Notes under the pieces: model-generated
What the model saw: only the letters and a program-made list of their open reading frames with translations
Databases searched by the model: none
What the model was told of the DNA's origin: nothing
Virus record (IMG/VR): IMGVR_UViG_3300022821_000015
Span: 1-64,000 of that record
Direction: 5' to 3' (one strand)
Length of the DNA: 64,000 bases
Source: a virus
Position numbers and translations under genes: made by a program
Shown here: piece after piece, positions 37,927 to 47,354 of the stretch
Position numbering within the stretch: position 1 is the stretch's first letter
How the letters are laid out: the number at the start of each line of letters is the position of its first letter

Positions 37927-38739
37927 TCATCGGATTCCGCACATTTCATATGCAAATCCACTATACATTTCCTTTGACGTAAACTGTGAATATGCCAACG
38001 TATTACATATATTTTTAGCTTCATCGGGATACCAGTCAACAGCTTCAATGCATGATATCCCTAAACTAGTAACTGGATTATGATTAGACGTAGTTACCAC
38101 CGGCACACCATTAATGATGGCTTCAACGCTTGCCATGCTTGCTGATGCTACTACACAATATGCGTTTTTTATATCCTCTGCAAATGGAATATCAGCGACG
38201 TGCGGACCACTAGTTCCGTTCTTACGTGGCTTATGCCGCACACGGATTGGTCTATCTGTAATCTTTTGTATAGTTTCGATAGTTGATAATATCCAATCCC
38301 GTTGGGTCATATTACCGACCAGTATATGCATATTATTAGAACTTGGGCAAAGTATTATTTCATCGCCTTTTACTCTTTTCTTAGCAATACTAATACCAAA
38401 CTTGTCAAATCGATCAGGTGGATCATTTCGGAAAATATCTCGTTGATGAACTGAGTTTTTGCAAATGCGCCAATAACATTCATCATCAGGTCTATGTGGA
38501 TTCCAGCGTCCGAAATATGGCATATCACTGAACAGCCAAGAACCATGTTTTGCATCATAAGTCTTAATCATCTGATGATTTTGACCGACCAATCCCCAAA
38601 ACATACCCATTCCGCCCTGATATTCGTAATCGTGTTCGATATGCGTGTCACCACCTTTCCAGCCCTGCATAAAGGGTGAAAAAACGTGCCAACACTTACT
38701 ATCTTCTTTGTTTCGGGGAACGTATATATTTAAATTCAT
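37927..38739 (-). CDS. Capsule-biosynthesis (KpsC/KpsS-like) GT-B paralogue
   Basis: ILCPSS...RPIRVRHKP...SMASVEAIINGVP...LAYSQFT..EM. Confidence 0.65.
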   Translation of the reverse strand: MNLNIYVPRNKEDSKCWHVFSPFMQGWKGGDTHIEHDYEYQGGMGMFWGLVGQNHQMIKTYDAKHGSWLFSDMPYFGRWNPHRPDDECYWRICKNSVHQRDIFRNDPPDRFDKFGISIAKKRVKGDEIILCPSSNNMHILVGNMTQRDWILSTIETIQKITDRPIRVRHKPRKNGTSGPHVADIPFAEDIKNAYCVVASASMASVEAIINGVPVVTTSNHNPVTSLGISCIEAVDWYPDEAKNICNTLAYSQFTSKEMYSGFAYEMCGIR

Positions 38740-38773
38740 ACGTAATATTAAATCATCTTAATCATTTTGTCAA

Positions 38774-39562
38774 CTATAAAATGTTATGCAGAATGCCTTC
38801 GTCCATTTCACGAACACTGTATTGGTCGTATGCCACCGATTGAAGCCACGCTTGATATAGATTATCGTCGGGATATTTCAATGGTTGTGTGAAGTCTGTT
38901 TGAAATACAGGGGCGGCGGCATTTTCTGGGTCTACATAACAAGCAACGCCTTCTAATGCTGCTTCGACTGCCACACCACCAGCAAACGATGCGATGGCAA
39001 ATACATCATTATCAGCGATAGATTTTTGCAATGTATCGCCCGCAAATCTTTCATCCTTTGGTGGTTTTGGTCGCAACACGATATTCTTTGTTGGATGGGT
39101 TTCCTTTAGCTGTTGCATCGTGCGGTCGGTCCATTCAGGGGATGTGATATCATACGAAAGCATTGTTTTATCGGTAGGCGGGCATACCATAATGGTTGAG
39201 CCATCCTTTTTCCAAGGCTTTGCTTCGATGCCATTCTGTTGAAACATTTTCCATCTGTCGTCTGGTCGGTCAATGATTTTATTGTTTTGATAATGGTTTA
39301 ATGTTACCCGATGATAAAACTTACTTGCAGGACGATTAAAGTATCCCGTATCAATAAAGATAAAGTCTGTGCTTTTATTCCAACACGATCTTACGTGGTG
39401 ACAAATCTTACGTGAACGTGACCTAAAAACATAATAATCATTTATACCGATTGTTGGCATAGGGTCTTCAAATGTCAAATCTATTTTTGTGCTTCTTCGA
39501 AACATAGCTTCGTAAATAGCTGTCGTATTTTTGTTATCATTATTCAGGCAATAAAATGTCAT
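38774..39562 (-). CDS. Capsule-biosynthesis-like GT-B paralogue
   Basis: IDTGYF...PWKKDG...LRPKP...AVEAALEG...AYDQYS..EM. Confidence 0.65.
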   Translation of the reverse strand: MTFYCLNNDNKNTTAIYEAMFRRSTKIDLTFEDPMPTIGINDYYVFRSRSRKICHHVRSCWNKSTDFIFIDTGYFNRPASKFYHRVTLNHYQNNKIIDRPDDRWKMFQQNGIEAKPWKKDGSTIMVCPPTDKTMLSYDITSPEWTDRTMQQLKETHPTKNIVLRPKPPKDERFAGDTLQKSIADNDVFAIASFAGGVAVEAALEGVACYVDPENAAAPVFQTDFTQPLKYPDDNLYQAWLQSVAYDQYSVREMDEGILHNIL

Positions 39563-40509
39563 GCGTTATATTCCTTAAATCTATTCCATAGTTCACCAGT
39601 TGCCAGTTCGTTGGCTGACCACATCGTATGCGACAAGTCGTGTATCCACTGATTACGGTCAAAGATTTCATAGTTTGATACTGCGTTGTTTACATTATTA
39701 TGGCACACGGGATAAGCGTGTGACAAGCTATCCATTGCTATCGTCGGGATTCCATATAACGCACTTTCTACTGCTACGGTAGAGTTGAATGTTACCGTAA
39801 GACATACATCATCAAACGTTTCATATAACGGCGTTTCTTTTGGGATTAACGTTATTTTTTTAGTATCACAAAACTTACTAATCTCATCATATTCAGCACG
39901 TTTGGTATTGGGGTGCGGTTTTATTTGAACTTGTTTGCCTAGTTTTTGAAACAACGTTACGGGTCTTTCAAAAATGTCGGTCATTTTTACCATATTCATC
40001 GAGAAGCCTTCGAACGGTTGTGCCAAAATAAGAACACGATTGCCACTACGACGATCCATATTATATGGAATATTGAACTCTTTCTGTAGCATATTCCAGC
40101 GGTCAGGTGTGCTATTTTCATTTAAGAACACGCCGTTACGCAGCGGACTATTCATTCCAAATCTAAAATACTTGAAGTTGCGTAGGCTTTTAAAAAATCC
40201 ACCATCCCAACAAAAAACCTTACCGCCGCGTGCTTCTACTTTAGTGATGATACTGTGCTTCCAGTTTTGTAACCAATGCTTGGGATTATTATCTTCTCGT
40301 CTACCGTATCCAAATATAACTACATTATTTTCTTGTGGAATAATAAACTTATCGTCGTATATAACGGGGGTATCGCCCGCTGCTTTAATCCCATCTTCAA
40401 TACCTTGAAATACTTCTTCGATAATATTTCCTGCGTGAACTTTCCATATTCCTTGATGTTTGGAATCTTTCGGTTTACCCGTTCGTCGCATTATGGCTAC
40501 CTTTGCCAT
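39559..40509 (-). CDS. Capsule-biosynthesis-like GT-B paralogue
   Basis: LILAQ...IKPHP...TFNSTVAVESALYGIP. Confidence 0.65.
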   Translation of the reverse strand: MAKVAIMRRTGKPKDSKHQGIWKVHAGNIIEEVFQGIEDGIKAAGDTPVIYDDKFIIPQENNVVIFGYGRREDNNPKHWLQNWKHSIITKVEARGGKVFCWDGGFFKSLRNFKYFRFGMNSPLRNGVFLNENSTPDRWNMLQKEFNIPYNMDRRSGNRVLILAQPFEGFSMNMVKMTDIFERPVTLFQKLGKQVQIKPHPNTKRAEYDEISKFCDTKKITLIPKETPLYETFDDVCLTVTFNSTVAVESALYGIPTIAMDSLSHAYPVCHNNVNNAVSNYEIFDRNQWIHDLSHTMWSANELATGELWNRFKEYNA

Positions 40510-41165
40510 TAACCTCTCCGATATAAATGATCGCTGCCTTTTTTAATAGCGTGTTCGTATCCCCAAGATTTTAACAGTTGAAGCGGGTCATCGCCGCCGA
40601 AACGGTTAATAAGTTTTACCTTATATTCGATCATAATATATGGATTGCTTTTTGCGGTTTCTTTTAATCCCACAAGTGTTCTATATTCATAACCCTCAAC
40701 ATCAAGTTTAATAAATGATGCGTCTTTGATTTCCATTGAATCAACAGGAACAACATCAAGGTCACCTTCGCAACCTACATTGACGTGATATGATCCAGTG
40801 CATTCATTCCATATATCATCTTTTGTGATTGATACTTGCTCGTTAACGTCGCCGACGCCTTTGTTTAATAACGTCACATTGGTTAATCCCCAATCTGTAA
40901 TATTACGTTCAAGACATTCAAATGTATCGGGGTTCAACTCGAATGCGTATACATGGTCAAAGTTCTCTGCCAACACTTTTGTCCAAGAACCAACGTGTGC
41001 GCCGCAATCGATGGCTACTTTAAATGGGGCATTGTTAGCTTTCATAGTGTCTATAAATAGATGTAGTTTATTCAACTGCCATCCACCTTTATTCTCAAAC
41101 TCGGTTAAAAAATGTGGGGTATTTTCCTCATCGGGCATCCAATAGTTACCAACTCTTTTCATCAT
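40509..41165 (-). CDS. FkbM-family methyltransferase
   Basis: IDCGAHVG, AFE, FIKLDVEGYE. Confidence 0.9.
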   Translation of the reverse strand: MMKRVGNYWMPDEENTPHFLTEFENKGGWQLNKLHLFIDTMKANNAPFKVAIDCGAHVGSWTKVLAENFDHVYAFELNPDTFECLERNITDWGLTNVTLLNKGVGDVNEQVSITKDDIWNECTGSYHVNVGCEGDLDVVPVDSMEIKDASFIKLDVEGYEYRTLVGLKETAKSNPYIMIEYKVKLINRFGGDDPLQLLKSWGYEHAIKKGSDHLYRRG

Positions 41166-41170
41166 ATCTC

Positions 41171-41807
41171 CTAAAACTTAAAATCAAATCGTTCTATATC
41201 TTTGGCGTAATACTTTTCGATAAAACGCTTACTATTGTCGTTATATTCATCTCGGTATGGCTTCAGCTTACGGGATCGGTTAGCCGTTGTCATATTAGTA
41301 AGATTATATTCATTATTCGTAATCATATTTAGGTAATCAATAATTCCATCCATTTTATCCATTTGGAATATTTGCTTAATATGGATATTACCATCTCGGC
41401 TACGTAGATTATCACACTGACTTATACGTGTTTCTGAAACTGTTTCGTGTACATTATTTGGATTAATATAGTTGGATTGAACTAACCAATCGGAAAAACT
41501 TAGGCGTTTGGCTTCTTCGTATTGTTTCGCATAAAATACGTTTAGACTGCCCCGTGCCGTTAATCGTTGCAAATCTTGTATGAATATCACAATACAATGA
41601 ATACATACGTTCCCACGGATTTCTCACTACCGTAAAACTATTCTTAAACTTACTAACATCGTATTCATATTCAATCATCGAAACCTTCGAATGTTTATAC
41701 AATCGATATTTCTCTACGCCTGTTCCTGCCAACATTTCACGGATGCTTGTGCCGCCGCATTTCATCATATGATAAAAAAAGAAATCGTGATGTCGATTAA
41801 CAATCAT
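41171..41807 (-). pseudogene. Sulfotransferase-family gene split by a frameshift near 41590
   Basis: HMMKCGGTSI and VRNPWERMYSLY in one frame; YY..DIERFDFKF C-terminus in another. Confidence 0.7.
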
Positions 41808-42628
41808 TTCCAGTAATCCTGTTTTTTAGCGGCAACAATATCATTCTTATGTGATTTACCATTTTGCTTACGCTTACCTTTTAGATGGTCAACATAGTCA
41901 CCGATAATACTATTCACAAATGGATGTCCTTTTACATTGTCTGGATTCAAATCGAAGTTGACAATCTTTTCTTCTGCTTCCATTTCATTACGGACAAGAT
42001 CAAATGCATGACAATCCGTCCACTGACGAACATCAAAAATAGCATCGGACGTATACAATAACTCAAACCTATTCATAAACTCACGAAAGTATGGATGGTT
42101 CATATCGTATCCAAGGAATCCACATTCCGAATATGTAATACGTCCAAGATATGAACAGAAGTAATCCGTTGGTAATAGTTTTTTCATTGCGGATTCATTA
42201 ACAGGCGCAAATGTAACGGTATCGGCATCGAACCAAAACATAACATCGCCATCGACCACTGTGGCTGCGTGTGTCTGTGCAAATACCTTATGACAAAATC
42301 TTACAGCATTCCATAAGTAACTTTCGCTTTGTTCCCATTTCGGCTTGATAATACCTTTGCGTTCAACGCCGCCTTCAATCTTATGCGTGTTAGGCATACC
42401 ATTAGCAACTGGATCGTTTTGGTGACGGTGCTTGAAATCAATTATTTTATCATACGCCATTAAGTCGTGATACACAACGTTATCATAATCGATGGTTGGT
42501 CGTGTGCCTTCGTAATATGCGTGAATAGTTACATCACCTTTCCAGTTTGCGGCAAATGTTTCAATCATTCGTTTGCCATATACATTATATCCATCGTCGT
42601 TAAATGTTGTTACAATATTATATTTCAT
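41804..42628 (-). CDS. Glycosyltransferase-like protein
   Basis: VTTF, AVRFCHKVFA, WFDADT, SECGF, DHLKG. Confidence 0.75.
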   Translation of the reverse strand: MKYNIVTTFNDDGYNVYGKRMIETFAANWKGDVTIHAYYEGTRPTIDYDNVVYHDLMAYDKIIDFKHRHQNDPVANGMPNTHKIEGGVERKGIIKPKWEQSESYLWNAVRFCHKVFAQTHAATVVDGDVMFWFDADTVTFAPVNESAMKKLLPTDYFCSYLGRITYSECGFLGYDMNHPYFREFMNRFELLYTSDAIFDVRQWTDCHAFDLVRNEMEAEEKIVNFDLNPDNVKGHPFVNSIIGDYVDHLKGKRKQNGKSHKNDIVAAKKQDYWK

Positions 42629-43481
42629 TTTTCATTCTTTCCCAAGGTAATCCCTGTTTCATTTCTTCCATTGTCCACTGCATATACGATACCTTTTGAA
42701 ATAATGCTAATCTATCGGTATCCGACATACTCGGATTTTCTATATTATTCAAATCGGTGTTTCCTAACTCCCAACTGAATGATCGTTCATTCGTTACAAA
42801 TACAGGATATCCCAACTGTATTATTTTTAAGTCAACCGTCGATATTATAGCCACACCAGCCCAACAGTTTTGAAGGTCTTCTTCTAATGTATTCTTCCTT
42901 GATATGGTCACACCAGTTAATGTGTCTAAAAATACATTCATTTCAAGGTCGTCTGGTTTTGGTCTGACTACTATATCACGGTCAGTAACTGATTTTATTT
43001 TTGATATTGTTTTGTTTATCCATTGATATTTATCAAAATCCAAAGCCGAAAAAGCATTTGCTCGTTGTAGACATAATAGTATATGATTGCCATTTTTACG
43101 CCAAGGTTTCATATTCAAATGAAGTCGGCTACCATCAATATTGCCCAACGCAAAGTTTCCTAGATTGGGTAAATGACTGGATAACGATACTCGATAATGG
43201 TCTTCACCTATTAATGGCGATTCGATAATGATTACGTTTTTATGCTTTTCTTGAACTCGCAATCTTTCGGATTTCAATGTATTGGCAATAAATCCATCAC
43301 GATTACCCGTAGGCATTGCCCCTAGAATAATCGCACATGCATTGGGGTCGCCGTCGCCTACGTCATCACATACAGTGAAATCATCACCGCATTTAATGAT
43401 ACCTTGTTTAAAAGATTCTACGATTTCTTGCTTTCGTTTTTTTATTCCAATAGTTTTGCGATAAAACACGGCTTTATTCAT
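42618..43481 (-). CDS. Capsule-biosynthesis-like GT-B paralogue
   Basis: KPWRKNGNHILLCLQ...VRPKP...QWTMEEMKQG. Confidence 0.65.
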   Translation of the reverse strand: MNKAVFYRKTIGIKKRKQEIVESFKQGIIKCGDDFTVCDDVGDGDPNACAIILGAMPTGNRDGFIANTLKSERLRVQEKHKNVIIIESPLIGEDHYRVSLSSHLPNLGNFALGNIDGSRLHLNMKPWRKNGNHILLCLQRANAFSALDFDKYQWINKTISKIKSVTDRDIVVRPKPDDLEMNVFLDTLTGVTISRKNTLEEDLQNCWAGVAIISTVDLKIIQLGYPVFVTNERSFSWELGNTDLNNIENPSMSDTDRLALFQKVSYMQWTMEEMKQGLPWERMKNEI

Positions 43482-43509
43482 ATGATATTTATTTGAAATA
43501 AATACCTTT
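43482..43509. promoter_or_regulatory. Back-to-back divergent T4-type late promoters
   Basis: TAAATA on both strands, 4 and 5 nt from the two ATGs. Confidence 0.7.
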
Positions 43510-44358
43510 ATGAAAATAGCAGTATTCCCTGAACACTCAAGTATGGCTGGGCGACCAGTATTTGACGCATTTATTAAGTCGCTAAAAGGCGAAGATGTCG
43601 TTCATAACAATATGGATGCGGACGTTGCTGTTATATGGTCGCAACTATGGAACGGCAGAATGAAACCAAATGAACAGATTTGGAAACATTATCGTTCACA
43701 GAAAAAGCCGGTTATTGTATTGGAAGTCGGGTGCTTGAAACGTAATGAAACGTGGAAGGTCGGGATTAATGGCATTAATGCCGATGCTATTTGGGCTACG
43801 GCTAATGGACCAACACGCCTTGGACTTGAAGCCAAACCTTGGTCAACTGGCGACAATATTATTATTTGTGGTCAGCACGGGTTTAGTGAACAATGGAAAG
43901 GTATGCCGCCTATGGACGAATGGATGATTAGTATATGTCGCAAGGTTCGTGCACATACTGACCGCAAGATTATACTACGACCCCATCCACGTTTTCACGT
44001 ATCACCACATTATATAAAAGAGTTTAACGATGTTATTATTGATAAACCGAAACATTTAAAAGGATCGTATGATGACTTTGATTTTGAAGATACTTTGGGC
44101 AATGCTCACTGTGTCATTTGCCATAGTAGTGGTCCTGCTGTGGTTAGTGTTCTTAATGGTGTTCCCGCTTTTGTCTCACATCATAATATGGCTTATCCTG
44201 TCGCTATGGATATTACTGAGTTGGAACACATAGAGACACCGTTATTGTTTCCACGTGATAAGTGGATAAATAAGATTAGTTACACTGAGTGGACAATAGA
44301 CGAGATTGCTGCTGGTGAACCTTGGAATCGATTAAAGGAAAAACTATGCACGGATTAG
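43510..44358 (+). CDS. Capsule-biosynthesis-like GT-B paralogue
   Basis: LEVG...IICGQ...LRPHP...SSGPAVVSVLNGVP...EWTIDEI. Confidence 0.68.
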   Translation: MKIAVFPEHSSMAGRPVFDAFIKSLKGEDVVHNNMDADVAVIWSQLWNGRMKPNEQIWKHYRSQKKPVIVLEVGCLKRNETWKVGINGINADAIWATANGPTRLGLEAKPWSTGDNIIICGQHGFSEQWKGMPPMDEWMISICRKVRAHTDRKIILRPHPRFHVSPHYIKEFNDVIIDKPKHLKGSYDDFDFEDTLGNAHCVICHSSGPAVVSVLNGVPAFVSHHNMAYPVAMDITELEHIETPLLFPRDKWINKISYTEWTIDEIAAGEPWNRLKEKLCTD

Positions 44359-44471
44359 ACCCTGTTATGATATTATCAATGCTTGCTGGCGTAGCTGCTA
44401 TCGGATTGGCTGCACTTGGCGCATTGGCTTGGTTTGGATATTATATTTGGAAAAAGAATATCAAACGTTAA
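44346..44471 (+). CDS. Small membrane protein (41 aa)
   Basis: Hand translation MHGLDPVMILSMLAGVAAIGLAALGALAWFGYYIWKKNIKR; AAGGA SD. Confidence 0.55.
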   Translation: MHGLDPVMILSMLAGVAAIGLAALGALAWFGYYIWKKNIKR

Positions 44472-44695
44472 TCGCTAACTTCGTTCCATTCCCATAGACA
44501 TTCTGCGTCATTGCTAACGTTCACGTTAATATTACACACGTCTATCGGCGGGAAGTGTACCCTGCACACGGTATGTATATACTCTGGATTATCATGGTGG
44601 TGTGAATAGCTGAACGCCTGATATCCCATACTATGCTTGCAGTTATCACACGATTTTTCTTGTGAAAGTAGAAACCAAAATTCGTCTTTATCCAT
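44468..44695 (-). CDS. Small Cys-rich protein (FW...CxxCxH...WEW family)
   Basis: EFWFLL...CDNCKH...WEW. Confidence 0.55.
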   Translation of the reverse strand: MDKDEFWFLLSQEKSCDNCKHSMGYQAFSYSHHHDNPEYIHTVCRVHFPPIDVCNINVNVSNDAECLWEWNEVSD

Positions 44696-44999
44696 CGATA
44701 TGTCGCCAATATTTATAGTTATTCATAACACATCGAAACTCACTGGCATCGGAAGGCAGTTCGCCTTCCGCAGAAAATGGTATTAAGCATTTTGTTTTAT
44801 TACGTAGTTCAAGTGTGTCACTATTCGGTTCGTGATACTTACAGGTTTTGCAACTTTTTTTTGAGATATCATATTTGATACTTATCCAGAACTCTTCTTT
44901 GGCTTTTTCTTCATCAGTCATTCTTCCCATTCCCAATAATCTGCTTGCAGTTGCCGCAATGTCTTTTGACTGGTTCACGCAAACTATTCCAAAAGTCAT
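44688..44999 (-). CDS. Small Cys-rich protein (same family)
   Basis: EFWISI...CKTCKY. Confidence 0.55.
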   Translation of the reverse strand: MTFGIVCVNQSKDIAATASRLLGMGRMTDEEKAKEEFWISIKYDISKKSCKTCKYHEPNSDTLELRNKTKCLIPFSAEGELPSDASEFRCVMNNYKYWRHIDG

Positions 45000-45007
45000 C
45001 TTTATCC

Positions 45008-45397
45008 TTATGTAAGGATTTTCTTACCTGTTCCAAAATCTTTGCCTTCGTTAATAATAGCGTGGGAGAACGCTTCCTTGGAATCGCCTAGCACCTTATA
45101 TGCACTTACCTTCGTGCCGTTAAGTCGATACATCGGTTTTCCATTTTTGTCAAAAGATGCAGGACCATCTTCACGATGTAGCATACCGTTACGATAATAC
45201 TTTTCAACACCATTTTTGATAGTGGCTGGACCGTCTTCTCGGTGCGTTTTCCACGATGCCCAACTCCAGTTGCCGCCGACTAGAGCAGTATATCGAACAT
45301 CGTTACCACCCTCTTTTACGGTAACCTTTTTGTTACCATCTTCTGATGTATATGTTGCTTCGGTTAACGTGTAACCTTTTTCAATCTTGTAATCCAT
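45008..45397 (-). CDS. HREDGPA-repeat protein
   Basis: Two HREDGPA motifs. Confidence 0.65.
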   Translation of the reverse strand: MDYKIEKGYTLTEATYTSEDGNKKVTVKEGGNDVRYTALVGGNWSWASWKTHREDGPATIKNGVEKYYRNGMLHREDGPASFDKNGKPMYRLNGTKVSAYKVLGDSKEAFSHAIINEGKDFGTGKKILT

Positions 45398-45674
45398 TTT
45401 TATCCCTTACTATAATATAAACGTTCCCCAGTTCTGTGGGCTGATATCGGTATACACCAGATGGTGAAAGACGTTTAATGATGTGAATAATATCTACTAC
45501 CACAACTTCCCATATTCTACAAAAATTCGGTTTATCTTTTTCCACAGCCTGTATTTCATCGGGCTTATCGATCCATAAAGTTTCACCGATGCGTGGAATA
45601 ACCGAATGGAAATATTGACCAAGATCAATATCTTCGTTATCTTCGTATTCTAACTGTATTCTTACTTCGTTCAT
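45381..45674 (-). CDS. Hypothetical protein
   Basis: ORF in a packed operon; PRIGE motif. Confidence 0.55.
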   Translation of the reverse strand: MNEVRIQLEYEDNEDIDLGQYFHSVIPRIGETLWIDKPDEIQAVEKDKPNFCRIWEVVVVDIIHIIKRLSPSGVYRYQPTELGNVYIIVRDKNGLQD

Positions 45675-46012
45675 AATCCCATTAATCCCGCCATCATGAT
45701 ATGTTTACCCAGCGTTTCTTTTGCTTCTTCAAATCGTTTATATAAATGCGGCTGACGTTTCTTAAACCGCAATGACGCCGATGAATATTCAATCCACGTC
45801 CGTTGAACATTTTCAAAAAGTATCTTCAAGTCTTTACGGGTATTGATATCGTGAACGTGTTCAATCGTTTCCCGTACTTCATAGAAGTATCGCTGCCACT
45901 CCCCATAATCAACTATTCCGGGACCAGCGGCGACTGTTGACGACGATTTTGGAAATGCTGCTTTTAACTCGGTGCGAACTGCTTTTGCGTCGTCTTTGGT
46001 GAAATATGCCAT
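45671..46012 (-). CDS. Probable deletion-fusion of two phage genes
   Basis: MAYFTKDDAKAVRTELKAAFPK N-terminus joined to an unrelated helical C-terminus. Confidence 0.5.
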   Translation of the reverse strand: MAYFTKDDAKAVRTELKAAFPKSSSTVAAGPGIVDYGEWQRYFYEVRETIEHVHDINTRKDLKILFENVQRTWIEYSSASLRFKKRQPHLYKRFEEAKETLGKHIMMAGLMGL

Positions 46013-46048
46013 TTGTATAAACTCCTGTTTGAATCAACTTACAAATAC

Positions 46049-46077
46049 AATATACCCCATCAGTCAGGATATGTCAA
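46049..46077 (-). promoter_or_regulatory. Sigma70-type early promoter
   Basis: TTGACA-17-TATATT; AGGAG SD downstream. Confidence 0.7.
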
Positions 46078-46286
46078 CTGTTATTCCATTCCCAATGCCG
46101 TGGTTGAATATCATTACCATAATCATCCGAACAATCACTGTATATGCTATCGGCATAATATTTACTATCGTTTCCGTTGGATTCACAACCTTCATTGGAA
46201 TGAAGACAGTTGTTACATACACGGGTTTTCAATGCGGGTAGCGATAGACTGTCCCAAAACTGTTGTTTATCAATCATCTTCGGCAT
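46074..46286 (-). CDS. Small Cys-rich protein (same family)
   Basis: QFWDSL...CNNCLH...WEW. Confidence 0.55.
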   Translation of the reverse strand: MPKMIDKQQFWDSLSLPALKTRVCNNCLHSNEGCESNGNDSKYYADSIYSDCSDDYGNDIQPRHWEWNNS

Positions 46287-46387
46287 CGGCGGTTACGGCA
46301 AATCCTTCACGATCAGTATCGGCTTCGGTGCGTGTGCCAAATGTCGTGTCTACTGACGCAATAAAAATACCATCTTCTAATGATACG

Positions 46388-46555
46388 TCATACAGTGTAT
46401 AGTGACATTCCGCTTCGTTTATCAGGACTATCCGTGCTATCAGTTCCGGTAAATGGACCGAACACCGTATCAACGACCACGACCAAACACACAATACCCA
46501 CAATCATCATCATTCGATTAAGCGTCTGGGCTAACTTCTCTACTTCACTCATCAT
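46388..46555 (-). CDS. Small membrane protein, apparently truncated
   Basis: Hydrophobic helix, then DSTDS...RSGMSLYT and an abrupt stop. Confidence 0.45.
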   Translation of the reverse strand: MMSEVEKLAQTLNRMMMIVGIVCLVVVVDTVFGPFTGTDSTDSPDKRSGMSLYTV

Positions 46556-46559
46556 TTTT

Positions 46560-46635
46560 CTCCTTTTGTTATGATGCATAGTAGCACATCCAAAGGACTC
46601 CTTTTGTTATGATGCATAGTAGCACATCCAAAGGA
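46560..46635. repeat. 38-bp perfect tandem duplication of a -10/SD segment
   Basis: ctccttttgttatgatgcatagtagcacatccaaagga at 46560 and 46598. Confidence 0.95.
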
Positions 46636-46643
46636 TATGTCAA
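46616..46643 (-). promoter_or_regulatory. Sigma70-type early promoter
   Basis: TTGACA-16-TACTAT with TG extension. Confidence 0.6.
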
Positions 46644-47104
46644 TAGGTTTTTTGAATCTCTACATCTTCCATCCCTGCGCTGCGCAGTCGGGTAATATGA
46701 CCAAGCATAAAGTTCTTTGATTCCAATGCTTTCATAATACTAAGGAACTTATTTCTGATAAGGGCAACCTCGTTGATTACCATATCCATTTCAGTTACAT
46801 CATCCTCGCCATCAACATATTTTTCAATCTCTCGGGATGATAATGCTTTTTGGTATCGTTCATATTTGATGTATTCACCCTTGCGGATTTTTCTCATTTC
46901 GATATTAAGAAGGTTTAGCACAGCCTCAACTTCTTGAAGCTGGCTAAATCTTACTTCGGTAATAGCTGGAAGTTGGGCTAGATTCTTTTCCAAGTTACCA
47001 GATGTGTCAATGTCTTCCCTTGCTTCAAGGAGTTCTTTTTCACAATATCTGATAAAACCGGGGATTTCCCCGAGGTCTTTTGTAATACGTCCATACCAAC
47101 TCAT
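46640..47104 (-). CDS. uvsY: UvsY-like recombination mediator
   Basis: Helical; ALSSREIEKYVDGE; located near uvsX. Confidence 0.72.
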   Translation of the reverse strand: MSWYGRITKDLGEIPGFIRYCEKELLEAREDIDTSGNLEKNLAQLPAITEVRFSQLQEVEAVLNLLNIEMRKIRKGEYIKYERYQKALSSREIEKYVDGEDDVTEMDMVINEVALIRNKFLSIMKALESKNFMLGHITRLRSAGMEDVEIQKTY

Positions 47105-47107
47105 ATT

Positions 47108-47332
47108 CTATTCCCAATCTTCGTCTTCGGTTTCGTCTTCATCTTCGGGGAAATGGTCTAACACAGCGTCCTTCATATGTGAATCCAATGCTTTTAATAC
47201 CATTGCAGTTTCTTCATCCAATCCGGAATCAATCAAGTTTGTAACAACGTGGTCCGCTGCGACTTGACGATCCTTGGCTGGAACATATTCTTTAACTGTT
47301 TCCCAAAAGATTTCTAGTAGTTCTGTATCCAT
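47108..47332 (-). CDS. Acidic hypothetical protein
   Basis: GAGGA SD. Confidence 0.65.
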   Translation of the reverse strand: MDTELLEIFWETVKEYVPAKDRQVAADHVVTNLIDSGLDEETAMVLKALDSHMKDAVLDHFPEDEDETEDEDWE

Positions 47333-47354
47333 TTGTTATCCTCGTTTCGTGTAT

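Noticed and set aside
37667-37942. 91-aa minus-strand ORF
   Set aside because: Overlaps the plus-strand glycosyltransferase by 134 bp; only the N-terminal FWDAL part looks gene-like, so it is not called.
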